DNA of 64,000 nt. It comes from Alphaproteobacteria bacterium. Its GTDB lineage: Bacteria > Pseudomonadota > Alphaproteobacteria > Micropepsales > Micropepsaceae. The notes under the pieces are model-generated. The model did no database searches and was not told the origin of the DNA. It worked only from the letters and a program-made list of their open reading frames with translations. Each line of letters begins with the position of its first letter. Within the stretch, counting starts at the first letter, position 1. The stretch spans positions 15,387-79,386 of the forward strand of contig JANXXU010000023.1 of assembly GCA_025350465.1 (NCBI GenBank), written 5' to 3'. A program made the translations under genes and the position numbers. This document shows positions 55,392 through 64,000 of the stretch, piece by piece.

Positions 55392-57221
55392 TCACTCGCC
55401 AGGTGACGCGGGCTTACGCCGAGGCCCGCGCCAGAGCGCGGTGACCCAGGCGGGCACTTTGAGATTGATTTGGACCGGCACGTTCATGCGTCGCATGATG
55501 ACGTATTGCTGAGTGATCGAAAGCAGGTTGTTCCACGTCCAATAGATGACGAGGCCGGCCGGAAACGACGCCATCATATAGGTGAAGAGGAACGGCATGA
55601 AGGTCATCATCTGCTGCTGCACGGGATCGGTCGCAGGCGGATTGAGCCGCATCTGAAACCACATCGTCGCGCCCATCAACAGCGGCCACACGCCGAGGTG
55701 GAGCCACGTCGGCAGGATGAATGGCAACAATCCGAACAGATTGAACACGGACGTCGGGTCGGCCGAGGCTAGATCCTGAATCCACCCGAAGAACGGCGCG
55801 TGGCGCATCTCGATCGTCACGAAGAGCACTTTGTAGAGCGAGAAGAACACCGGAATCTGCACGGCGATCGGCAGGCAACCCATCATCGGGTTGATTTTCT
55901 CGCGCCTGAACAGCGCCATCTGCTCTTGCTGGAGTTTGACCTTGTCCTCCTTCCAGCGCTCTTGCAGCTCCTTTATTTGCGGCTGCACCTTCTTCATCTT
56001 CGTCATCGACTCGAACGAGCGATTGGCGAGCGGAAACATTATTCCCTTGATGACGACGGTCAGCATCAAAATGGCGATGCCGAAATTGCCGACGAGTTTG
56101 TTGAAGAAGTCCAGCAGCCAGAACATCGGTTTGGTGATTGGCATGAACCAGCCCCAATCGATGGCCATGTCGAAGCGCGCAATACCCAAATTGTCTTCAT
56201 AGGCATTGAGAAGCGAGTTGATCTTCGGCCCGGCAAAGAAGCGATGCACGACGGTTGCCGTGCCGGCCGGGGAGACTGTGCGGGCAGCCATCAAATAGTC
56301 GGCGCGAAATACCTCCGTCCCGCCAGGCGTCACGGAGTGGCGGCCGGTGAATTTTTCGTTTTGCGGCGGGATGACGGCAACCATCCAATACTTGTCGGTC
56401 AAGCCAAGCCAGCCACCGGTGCTGTCGGCCTTCTGCTCGTGATCCTTGCGGACGTCGTCATAGCTTGGATAGTGAAAACTGCCGTCGAGAACGTCGATCG
56501 GACCTTCGTGCAAAATCCACGTTGTCTTGGTCTTTGGCTCGCCGTGCCGCGCCACGCTGGCGTAGGGAAAGAGCGTCACCGCCGCGCCGGACCGGTTCTC
56601 GACCGAATCCCGAACGGTGAACATGTAGTCCTTGTCGAGTGAGATCGTGCGCGCAAAAAGAAGGCCTTGGCCGTTGTCCCAGGTCAGCGTGACCGGTGTC
56701 GTCGGCGTCAGGATTTGACCAGCGGCGGCGCGCCACAGCGTTGTCGACGTTGGGACAGGAACGGTTGATTTTCCGCCCGTGGTCCATCCCATTTCACCAT
56801 AGGTCGCCGTTTCGGTCCCTTCGGGCAGCAGGAAGACGATCTCCGGACTCTTGGGGTCGACTTCTTGGTGATAGGTCTTCAATCGCAAGTCGTCGAAGCG
56901 CGCACCGGTCAAGCGGATCGAGCCGTCGACGGTTGCGCTGTCGAGTTTCACCCGCGCCCGGTCGCCCGCCAAAATGGCTTCGGGCGTTTGCGGAGTTGCA
57001 GGCGATTCTCCGGCCGCATTCGGCGCAGTCGGTCCCGCGCTGTTCGGCGTGCCCGGATTTTGAGCCTGCCTCGCTTCTTCGGCGGCGCGCTCGGCTAGCA
57101 TGTGTTGGCGCTGAGCTTCGGCTTGGGGCCCGACGACAAAATATTGCCATGCAATGAAAACGAGGATGCTGAGGGCGACCGCGACGATGACGTTCAGGGT
57201 GTCCGGCGCATTCTTGTTCAT
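55392..57221 (-). CDS. yidC: membrane protein insertase YidC
   Basis: Large periplasmic domain plus a conserved C-terminal 5-TM core (GIAILMLTVVIKGIMFPL...QPQIKELQERWKEDK...GCLPIAVQIPVFFSLY). Confidence 0.95.
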   Translation of the reverse strand: MNKNAPDTLNVIVAVALSILVFIAWQYFVVGPQAEAQRQHMLAERAAEEARQAQNPGTPNSAGPTAPNAAGESPATPQTPEAILAGDRARVKLDSATVDGSIRLTGARFDDLRLKTYHQEVDPKSPEIVFLLPEGTETATYGEMGWTTGGKSTVPVPTSTTLWRAAAGQILTPTTPVTLTWDNGQGLLFARTISLDKDYMFTVRDSVENRSGAAVTLFPYASVARHGEPKTKTTWILHEGPIDVLDGSFHYPSYDDVRKDHEQKADSTGGWLGLTDKYWMVAVIPPQNEKFTGRHSVTPGGTEVFRADYLMAARTVSPAGTATVVHRFFAGPKINSLLNAYEDNLGIARFDMAIDWGWFMPITKPMFWLLDFFNKLVGNFGIAILMLTVVIKGIMFPLANRSFESMTKMKKVQPQIKELQERWKEDKVKLQQEQMALFRREKINPMMGCLPIAVQIPVFFSLYKVLFVTIEMRHAPFFGWIQDLASADPTSVFNLFGLLPFILPTWLHLGVWPLLMGATMWFQMRLNPPATDPVQQQMMTFMPFLFTYMMASFPAGLVIYWTWNNLLSITQQYVIMRRMNVPVQINLKVPAWVTALWRGPRRKPASPGE

Positions 57222-57523
57222 TACAGTGACCTAGGTTGATGCATGTGAGGCTGGCTCTTCGTGCTCGTTGGGTCCGGCACCGGGTCATATCCTTCGCCCC
57301 CGCCGAGCCATTTGACCGGATGACAGCGGCCGAGCCGCCGCAGCGTTAGCCAAGTGCCCGTGACGGGACCGTGCCGTTCGAGCGCTTCCAGCGCGTAAGC
57401 CGAGCAGGTCGGCTGATACCGGCAAACCGGCCCGATTAGCGGTGAGAGCGTGTACCGGTACAGCAGTATTGGTGCGCGCAACGCGTACGTCGCCGCTCGG
57501 CGGATTAGCGTCGTCACTGTCAT
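57221..57523 (-). CDS. yidD: membrane protein insertion efficiency factor YidD
   Basis: [48 protein letters not shown]. 1-nt overlap with the yidC start and 4-nt overlap with rnpA. Confidence 0.85.
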   Translation of the reverse strand: MTVTTLIRRAATYALRAPILLYRYTLSPLIGPVCRYQPTCSAYALEALERHGPVTGTWLTLRRLGRCHPVKWLGGGEGYDPVPDPTSTKSQPHMHQPRSL

Positions 57524-57936
57524 TCCCGTTCCGCCTTGTACGCTGTACCGCCGTGGACTTTGCGAAGAGCCGTTTTCAAATCTGCGATCAAATCCGCGAA
57601 GTTCCTCGTCAGCGTGCCGTCGCGGCCGATCAGAACATAGTCAGTGCCCGCCACCCCATAAAGGGGTAGGACCGCCCTCGCAACCTCGCGCAACCGCCGT
57701 TTTGCGCGATTGCGGCGGACGGCATCCCCGACCTTCTTCGTTACGGTGAAGCCGACGCGGATGGAATTCGCCACGGGCGCCATTTCAACAGGCGTTGATT
57801 GCATTTGTAAGACGAGCCCTGCGGCCGACCACCTCCGCCCGCGCGCCAGGCGCAGGAAGTCCGCGCGGACCTTCAGCCGCAAGAGAGCGAGGTTTGTTTC
57901 ATGGGCAATGGTGCCGATCAAACCTTTAAGACTCAA
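57520..57936 (-). CDS. rnpA: ribonuclease P protein component
   Basis: Basic protein with [22 protein letters not shown] (RNR motif), located between rpmH and yidD. Confidence 0.85.
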   Translation of the reverse strand: MSLKGLIGTIAHETNLALLRLKVRADFLRLARGRRWSAAGLVLQMQSTPVEMAPVANSIRVGFTVTKKVGDAVRRNRAKRRLREVARAVLPLYGVAGTDYVLIGRDGTLTRNFADLIADLKTALRKVHGGTAYKAERE

Positions 57937-57954
57937 AAACCGGCCGATGGCGGT

Positions 57955-58095
57955 TCAGGCCGACAGCTTCTTGCGGCCATGCGCACGCCGATTTGCCAAG
58001 ACCTTGCGCCCGCCCGCGGTTGACTTGCGGGCGCGAAAGCCGTGGCGGCGCTTTCTCACGATCTTGCTGGGCTGATAGGTGCGCTTCGACGTCAC
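57955..58095 (-). CDS. rpmH: 50S ribosomal protein L34
   Basis: Not in the ORF track (46 aa). My translation is (M)[48 protein letters not shown] start lies 7 nt after AAGGAAA. Confidence 0.9.
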   Translation of the reverse strand: MTSKRTYQPSKIVRKRRHGFRARKSTAGGRKVLANRRAHGRKKLSA

Positions 58096-58272
58096 GGCTC
58101 GTTTTCCTTGGGACTGAGGCGGCTGTGGGAGCGCGGCGATATAGGGAAATCCGCCACTGAAGTCAAATTTTTGGCATCGTCGGCGGCGACGGACGCCGCG
58201 AGGGTGCTGGCTCTAAGCCCGCCGCTACACTAGCATTCCAACCCTCGCAATTAGCGGTATTCGGCCAAATCA

Positions 58273-58830
58273 ATGCGTCTCTTGCGTCTCCTGACGATCG
58301 TCACATTGATCGCGCTCACCGGGATATCGGTTGGCCAAGCACCGACCAAGGCGTCCGGAGCCGGACAACCTGAGCAGCAACAACGCATTGAGCGCGTCAC
58401 CGTCATCGGTCAGCGTTTGGGCAATCTGCACAATTTGCTCGCCGGCTACACCATGCGCGGCACCGAGGGCTTCGTCGACGGTTCGGCGCCCGATTCAGAA
58501 GACAATCGCACGGCGTTTCCGTGGCAAGTCTATTACGGTCCCGACGGTTCCCTTGAGGTTCATTTTCGCCGGGTCGGCGCGCGCCTGCCGCACGGCACGA
58601 TGGAAGAACTCGACTACGAGGAGCACGGTTCGTGGTCGATCGACGCCGGCGAATTGTGCCAGACGATCCCCCGCGTCGGCTCCGGCGCGACCGTGTGCTT
58701 CGAGCTGCGGCGCACCAGCCAGACCAAGATTCAGATGTACTACACACGCTGTGGCGCGGTGACCCGATGTTACCCCGGGCGCCTTGGTCCGGACGGCGAG
58801 CTGTTCCCCGGCCGCGTGTTCACACGATGA
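58273..58830 (+). CDS. hypothetical secreted protein (possibly DUF995-like)
   Basis: Signal peptide MRLLRLLTIVTLIALTGISVGQA. The WQVYYGPDGSLEVHF...GSWSIDAGELCQTIP...TVCFELRR pattern is reminiscent of DUF995. Assignment is tentative. Confidence 0.5.
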   Translation: MRLLRLLTIVTLIALTGISVGQAPTKASGAGQPEQQQRIERVTVIGQRLGNLHNLLAGYTMRGTEGFVDGSAPDSEDNRTAFPWQVYYGPDGSLEVHFRRVGARLPHGTMEELDYEEHGSWSIDAGELCQTIPRVGSGATVCFELRRTSQTKIQMYYTRCGAVTRCYPGRLGPDGELFPGRVFTR

Positions 58831-58849
58831 ACACTCGAGGGGGATTGCG

Positions 58850-60202
58850 ATGACGGCGATCGTTGCCGAGACGCCGGTCGCGCGGCCTGAGATCTCGACA
58901 CGCTCGATCATCGCCGTGATCCTCGGCAACTGGTTCGAGTTCTACGATTTCATCGTCTACACGTTTTTCGCGGCCATGATCGCGGAGGCGTTTTTTCCAG
59001 GCGACGACAAATTCCTCAAGCTGCTCGCCTCACTCATAACCTTCGGCGTTGGGTTCGCGACACGGCCGCTTGGCGCGGCGATGATCGGCGCTTATGCCGA
59101 CCGCGTCGGGCGCAAAGCGGCGCTGACGCTGACATTGCTGTTGATGGCAATCGGCTCGGCCGTCGTCGGTTTGACGCCTTCCTACGCAAGCATCGGCATC
59201 TGGGCGCCCATATGTTTGTTGATTGGACGCCTGATCCAAGGCTTCTCCTGCGGCGGCGAAGTCGGCCCCGCGACGACCTATCTGATGGAAGCAGCGCCGG
59301 CGCATCGCCGCGCCGCACTCACCTCGTGGCAGGGGCAAAGTCAGCAGCTCGCAACGATCTCGGGTGCCGGTCTTGGCGTCATTCTCGCCTTTACGCTGTC
59401 GCACGACGATCTGTTTTCATGGGGTTGGCGCGTGCCGTTCCTCGTCGGCACCCTGATCGCGCCGGTGGGGCTCTACATCAGAAGCCAACTGCCCGAGACG
59501 ATCGAGAAGAGCGAGACGCACGAGTCCGGAACCGCGGTGCTTTGGGAGCTGTTGCGCAAGCACTCGCGCGCCGTCGTGCTCGGCATGTTCATCATCTGCG
59601 GCGGCACGGTCTCGACCTACGTCTTCAATTTCATGACGACCTACGCGATCACGCAGGGCGTTTCGGTCAAGGTTGCGACGTTGTTGACCTTCACCGCGGC
59701 GCTTGCGTCGATGCCGGGCCTATGGCTCGGTGCCAAGGCGGCCGATCTTCTTCCGCGCAAGCCCGTTCTCGTCGTTTCGCGCATTGTCTTTATCGCTGCG
59801 ATCTATCCGGTTTGGCTCGTCATTGCGACTATTCACGGGTCGCCGAGTTGCGGTCCATCGGTCGTGCCTGCGTTGGAATCGAGCACCGGTCTCGATCTTT
59901 GCTGGCTTGACGCCAGTGCGATGACGCTCATTGGCCTCAATATGGGTTTGAGCTTCTTGTTCTCGGTCGGTATCGGTGGCTCTTACGCCTTCCTCACCGA
60001 GGCGTTTCCCAAAGCCGTTCGCTCGAGCGGACTCGCGATCCTCTATGCGCTGGCGGTGACGATCTTCGGCGGCACCACGCAACCGATCATCCTCTGGCTA
60101 TCGAAGTTCGACCCGTTGATGCCGGCCTGGTATCAGATCGCCGCGAACGTCGCGGCAACGATCGCTGTCATCATGATGGTCCCGCACAAGGAAGGCACCT
60201 GA
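58850..60202 (+). CDS. MFS transporter, metabolite:H+ symporter (MHS) type
   Basis: GNWFEFYDFIVYTFFA, TRPLGAAMIGAYADRVGRK and LTEAFPKAVRSSGLAILYALAVTIFGGTTQPI motifs. Track ORF trimmed to ATG 58850. Confidence 0.85.
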   Translation: MTAIVAETPVARPEISTRSIIAVILGNWFEFYDFIVYTFFAAMIAEAFFPGDDKFLKLLASLITFGVGFATRPLGAAMIGAYADRVGRKAALTLTLLLMAIGSAVVGLTPSYASIGIWAPICLLIGRLIQGFSCGGEVGPATTYLMEAAPAHRRAALTSWQGQSQQLATISGAGLGVILAFTLSHDDLFSWGWRVPFLVGTLIAPVGLYIRSQLPETIEKSETHESGTAVLWELLRKHSRAVVLGMFIICGGTVSTYVFNFMTTYAITQGVSVKVATLLTFTAALASMPGLWLGAKAADLLPRKPVLVVSRIVFIAAIYPVWLVIATIHGSPSCGPSVVPALESSTGLDLCWLDASAMTLIGLNMGLSFLFSVGIGGSYAFLTEAFPKAVRSSGLAILYALAVTIFGGTTQPIILWLSKFDPLMPAWYQIAANVAATIAVIMMVPHKEGT

Positions 60203-60209
60203 CGTCGGC

Positions 60210-61397
60210 TCAGGCGATCGCGACGCCGCGCCCGCCGAGCTCGAATTCGCGCGTCAGCAGGAGTGGAGCTTGCGTTTTCGCACCAGCCGTCGGCGCGGTC
60301 TCGGCAAGCCAGCGCGCACAGGCGTCTCGCCCGACGTCTCGCAAATAGCGCACGAGTTCCCAGTTCGGGTGGAGCTTGCTGGCAGGGCCGAGTTCGTTCA
60401 TCACGTCGTCTTCGCTGATCGTGTGAAGCGTGAGGGCGGCAAGCCGCCGCCCCAGCGCAGTGCGCGCGGCGCCGCCTTCATGTGACATGTGCCGCAGGCG
60501 CTCGATCATCTCGAGCTCGCGCTTGAGCGGTGCGTCGAAGACGATGCGATTGACGCGCGACTGGATGCCCGGCGCCGTCACGGGCAATGATTTCTCGGAT
60601 TGCGGGTTGAGGCGGACGATCAAGATGTCGTCGGCCACGCTTCCCTCGATCAGCGCCAGCAGCGGCGGGTTGGCGGTGAACCCGCCGTCCCAATAATAGC
60701 CGTCGGGCAGGCGGACGGCTTGATGGAGCGCCGGCAGGCACGCCGACGCCAACAGCACCTCGGGCGAAATCTCGGCATTGCTGAAGATGCGCGGCTCCCC
60801 GGTTTCCACATTCGTCGCGGCGATGAAGAGGCGTGGCGCGTCGTCCTGCTGCAACCGCTTGAAGTCGATGAAGCGCACCAGCAAGTCGCGCAACGGATTG
60901 AGGTCGAGCGGGTTGAGCTGATAGGGCGAAAACATCTGCACCATGACGTCGCGCAGGACATGCGCGAACGAGAGTTCGATATTGCGCCCCAACGCCATGA
61001 TCTCGAATGGCGTCGGTTGCATCGGGTTCAATCGTGCGAGATCAGCAAGCTTGTGCCAGAAGCGCATGAGACGGTCGCGTGCGCCGCTCGCTCCGCCATC
61101 GAGATAACCGGCCGCGAAAATGGCGGCGTTGATCGCGCCCGCGCTGGTGCCGCTGATCGCATCGACTGTCCGGCTGTTGTTTTCAAGGAGGCGATCGAGG
61201 ACGCCCCAGGTGAACGCGCCGTGCGCGCCTCCGCCTTGAAGTGCAAGCGCCAGGCGGCGGGGATCTTTTTTGCGTCCCAGCAACGTTGATGCGCCGGTCC
61301 GCCGGGCAGACGCTGAGCCCATCAATCTTCGCAACCGTCGGAGAATCATTGCGCCGCCCATCGCCGTAGAATCGATCCCGGTTCCCGCATAGCGCAA
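60210..61397 (-). CDS. patatin-like phospholipase family protein
   Basis: Oxyanion motif LQGGGAHGAFTWGVL, nucleophile GTSAGA, and an Asp in a DGG context (YWDGGF). The true start may be an internal Met (61361, 61349 or 61322). Confidence 0.85.
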   Translation of the reverse strand: MRYAGTGIDSTAMGGAMILRRLRRLMGSASARRTGASTLLGRKKDPRRLALALQGGGAHGAFTWGVLDRLLENNSRTVDAISGTSAGAINAAIFAAGYLDGGASGARDRLMRFWHKLADLARLNPMQPTPFEIMALGRNIELSFAHVLRDVMVQMFSPYQLNPLDLNPLRDLLVRFIDFKRLQQDDAPRLFIAATNVETGEPRIFSNAEISPEVLLASACLPALHQAVRLPDGYYWDGGFTANPPLLALIEGSVADDILIVRLNPQSEKSLPVTAPGIQSRVNRIVFDAPLKRELEMIERLRHMSHEGGAARTALGRRLAALTLHTISEDDVMNELGPASKLHPNWELVRYLRDVGRDACARWLAETAPTAGAKTQAPLLLTREFELGGRGVAIA

Positions 61398-61536
61398 GCA
61401 AAAATTACTTCGCCCCCTCTGCCCAAATCTTGAGCGTTGCGTTGCGCAAGCATTGCAACCGTCACACAGCTGTGACTCGCCCGTGACGCGGCCCCGATGT
61501 CAGATACGGAAGCGCGCGCAAAAGTCTGGAGGCCGC

Positions 61537-62364
61537 ATGTCGGCTTTTTTGTCGCGGCGTGATTTTTCTGTTGTTCTCGCGCTTGCTCTCCTCGCCGGAT
61601 CGTCGCAAGCGTTCGCTGGCGAACTCGACGCCCGTTTTTCAACTAACGATCAAAGCTCCACAATGACGGTCGATCACAGCGCGTGGGATACGCTGCTTGA
61701 AAAGTATGTGATGCCGTCACCTGACGGCATCAACCGCTTCGCATATAGCGCCGTCACGGCGGCCGACAAGCAAGCCCTCAAGGCCTACCTTGCGCGGCTT
61801 CAAGACACGAAGGTGACGGCCCTCAACAGCGACGAGCAGCGAGCCTTTTGGATCAACCTCTACAACGCGCTGACGATCGACGTCGTCCTCGATCACTATC
61901 CGGTCAAATCGATCCGCGACGTCAGGCTGGGCTTCAGCCTCCTCGGCGGCCCTTGGGGCAAATCGTTGGTCGCCGTCGAAGGCAACGAGTTATCGCTCAA
62001 CAACATCGAGCACGACATCTTGCGCAAGATCTGGCACGACCCGCGGGTGCACTATGCCGTGAACTGCGCTTCGCTCAGCTGTCCGAACCTGATGGCGAAA
62101 GCCTTCACCGGGGCGACACTCGACGCCATGCTGACGCGTGGAGCCCACGCCTACGTGAATCATCCCAGGGGCGTGCAGGTTTCCGGCAACAAGGCCCGCC
62201 TTTCGAGCATCTACTCCTGGTACGCCCGAGATTTTGGGGCAAATCAGGCGGCTCTGATCGCCCACCTCCAACAATACGCCTCGCCCGAGCTCAACGCACA
62301 ATTCTCCAAAGTCGATACCATCAGTGGCTATGATTACGAATGGTCGCTGAACGATGCGAATTGA
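61537..62364 (+). CDS. DUF547 domain-containing protein
   Basis: Signal peptide, then FWINLYNALTIDVVLDHYPVKSIRDV...EHDILRKIWHDPRVHYAVNCASLSCPNL. Track ORF trimmed to ATG 61537. Confidence 0.8.
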   Translation: MSAFLSRRDFSVVLALALLAGSSQAFAGELDARFSTNDQSSTMTVDHSAWDTLLEKYVMPSPDGINRFAYSAVTAADKQALKAYLARLQDTKVTALNSDEQRAFWINLYNALTIDVVLDHYPVKSIRDVRLGFSLLGGPWGKSLVAVEGNELSLNNIEHDILRKIWHDPRVHYAVNCASLSCPNLMAKAFTGATLDAMLTRGAHAYVNHPRGVQVSGNKARLSSIYSWYARDFGANQAALIAHLQQYASPELNAQFSKVDTISGYDYEWSLNDAN

Positions 62365-62384
62365 AGAGGCCTACGGGAGCCCCG

Positions 62385-63125
62385 ATGACGGATAAGCCTG
62401 GTTTTTCCTTGGGGCGGATTTTGCCGCTGCTTCTTCTTATCGCCGGATTGGTCGCGTTCTTCGCCCTCGACTTGCAGCATTTCCTCACCTTGGACCTGCT
62501 GAAGGAGAACCGCGTCGCGCTCAAGCACTGGGTCGGCGACCATCAGCTGCAAGCCGTCGCGCTGTTCGTCGTCGCCTACATTGTCATCGCGGCATTCTCG
62601 CTTCCGATCGCCGCGCTTGTTTCGATCGCCGGCGGATTTCTGTTCGGCAGCGTCGACGGCGCGATCTGGATCGTCATCGGCGCGACAATTGGCTCCTCCA
62701 TTCTATTCTTGGCGGCGAAATCGGCCCTCGGCGATCCGTTGCGCGCGCGCTTTGGCGCGCGAATCAAGACGATGGAGGCAGGCTTTCGCGCCAATGCCTT
62801 CAGCTATCTCTTGTTGCTGCGGTTGGTGCCGTTGTTCCCGTTCTGGCTCGTCAATCTCGCGGCGGCTTTTACGGGTGTCGGCTTGGGAACATTCTTGATC
62901 ACGACGGCCGTCGGCATCATTCCCGGCGCCTTTGTCTTTGCCAGTATCGGCAACGGTTTGAACGCTTTGTTCGATGCGGGCGGACAGCCCGACTTGAGTC
63001 TGATCGGCCTTCTGTCGCGCCCCGACTTCTACATTCCCATCATTGGTTTCACGCTTCTTTCGCTCATCCCAATCGTCTATCGCGCATTTTCGCCGCGTAA
63101 AGCTAAAGCGGAAACCGCGCGATGA
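62385..63125 (+). CDS. TVP38/TMEM64 (DedA/SNARE-associated) family membrane protein
   Basis: LLRLVPLFPFWLVNLAAAFTGVGLGTFLITTAVGIIPGAFVF. Start is ATG 62385 (MTDKPGF...) or 62340. Confidence 0.8.
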   Translation: MTDKPGFSLGRILPLLLLIAGLVAFFALDLQHFLTLDLLKENRVALKHWVGDHQLQAVALFVVAYIVIAAFSLPIAALVSIAGGFLFGSVDGAIWIVIGATIGSSILFLAAKSALGDPLRARFGARIKTMEAGFRANAFSYLLLLRLVPLFPFWLVNLAAAFTGVGLGTFLITTAVGIIPGAFVFASIGNGLNALFDAGGQPDLSLIGLLSRPDFYIPIIGFTLLSLIPIVYRAFSPRKAKAETAR

Positions 63126-64000
63126 GTGAAACCATACGCGCCGATCTGTGCATCATCGGCGCGGGCTCCGGCGGCCTCTCCGTAGCCGCGGGCGCTGCTC
63201 AGCTCGGTCGCAAGGTGGTTCTGATCGAACGCCACAAGATGGGTGGCGATTGCCTCAACTATGGCTGCGTTCCGTCCAAGGCGCTGATCGCCGCCGCGCA
63301 TCACGCGCAAACAATTCGCGAAGCGGCGCCCTTTGGCGTCACTGCCGGCGAGCCGAAGGTCGATTTTGCGCGCGTGATGAGCCACGTGCGCGAAGTGATC
63401 GCAGCAATTGAGCCAAACGATTCCGTCGAGCGCTTCGAAAAGCTTGGCGTTCGCGTCGTCAAGGCTTCGGCGCGGTTCACCGGTCCTGCCGAGGTCGAGG
63501 CCGGTGACGCAAGAATCCAAGCGAAACGCTTCATCATCGCGACCGGCTCAGCACCCTTGGTCCCGCCCATCCCGGGTCTTGCCGACACGCCTTATTTCAC
63601 CAACGAGACGATCTTCGACAACACGACGCTGCCCGACCACCTGCTGATTATCGGTGGCGGCCCGATCGGTCTCGAACTCGCGCAAGCGTATCGCCGCTTA
63701 GGCGCGCGCGTAACCGTCCTTGAGGCAAAGCAAATCATGCCCAAGGACGATGCCGAAGCGGTCGGCGTCGTGCGCGACGCGCTCGTCGCGGAGGGCATCG
63801 TCATTCGCGAAAACGCGCCGGTCGCCGCCGTCGCAAAAACTGCGGCGGGCGTTAGCGCAACGATCGCCGGAGCAAACGGTGCGGAGACGATCTCCGGCTC
63901 GCACCTCCTGTTGGCCGCAGGTCGCGGCGCCAACGTGGGCGGGCTCGATCTTGAGGCCGCCGGCGTGAACTACACGCGAGCGGGCGTTACGGTGGATGAC
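63122..64000 (+). CDS. FAD-dependent pyridine nucleotide-disulfide oxidoreductase (dihydrolipoyl dehydrogenase / mercuric reductase-like), 3' end beyond window
   Basis: Not in the ORF track because it is open to the window end. My translation is MSETIRADLCIIGAGSGGLSVAAGAAQLGRKVVLIERHKMGGDCLNYGCVPSKALI... (GxGxxG and redox-active CLNYGC), with a second dinucleotide fold LLIIGGGPIGLELAQ. ATGA overlap with the upstream gene. Confidence 0.85.
   Translation, partial: MSETIRADLCIIGAGSGGLSVAAGAAQLGRKVVLIERHKMGGDCLNYGCVPSKALIAAAHHAQTIREAAPFGVTAGEPKVDFARVMSHVREVIAAIEPNDSVERFEKLGVRVVKASARFTGPAEVEAGDARIQAKRFIIATGSAPLVPPIPGLADTPYFTNETIFDNTTLPDHLLIIGGGPIGLELAQAYRRLGARVTVLEAKQIMPKDDAEAVGVVRDALVAEGIVIRENAPVAAVAKTAAGVSATIAGANGAETISGSHLLLAAGRGANVGGLDLEAAGVNYTRAGVTVDD

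Noticed and set aside
58096-58272. Replication origin next to rpmH-rnpA-yidC
   Set aside because: No dnaA gene follows rpmH here and I saw no TTATCCACA-type DnaA boxes or AT-rich unwinding element. Alphaproteobacterial origins are usually elsewhere (hemE region).
1-64000. CRISPR arrays, tRNA/rRNA genes, IS elements, integrases, prophage or defence-system genes
   Set aside because: Reading all intergenic spacers and ORF products, I found no regularly spaced direct repeats, no cloverleaf-like tRNA candidates, no transposase, integrase or recombinase motifs, and no nuclease/ATPase pairs typical of defence islands. This is a by-eye assessment, not an exhaustive computational scan.

Overview
GC-rich bacterial chromosomal window. 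Gene content and order look alphaproteobacterial (Hyphomicrobiales-like): ffs-dnaX-ybaB-recR, def-fmt-truA, kdsB-pheA, dapE/dapD, rpmH-rnpA-yidD-yidC-yihA-argB, plus a Cpa/Tad (Flp) pilus system. I call about 64 protein-coding genes (the first and last cut by the window edges), one SRP RNA, several hairpin terminators and a few regulatory or repeat elements. rpmH and the last gene are absent from the supplied ORF track. Many track ORFs carry spurious N-terminal extensions, which I trimmed, or are antisense shadow ORFs typical of high-GC DNA, which I rejected. I saw no rRNA, tRNA, CRISPR array, transposase, integrase, phage gene or recognisable defence module. I therefore do not claim a clearly novel system here. 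The observations most worth a second look are: (1) an NRAMP-family transporter with substituted metal-ligand residues, directly downstream of a DUF1003 gene; (2) a complete Tad/Flp pilus gene set split into two modules by 7.7 kb of unrelated genes, with an extra stand-alone paralog of the secretin N-terminal domain; (3) a binding-protein-less ABC system with a duplicated permease and a C-terminally extended ATPase; (4) an 879-aa sensor-TM-HAMP protein with a roughly 600-aa helical tail and no recognisable output domain; (5) a 22-bp-stem inverted repeat upstream of tesB; (6) an uncharacterised membrane protein translationally coupled between dapE and murI. All family assignments come from motif recognition by eye; no database search was run.
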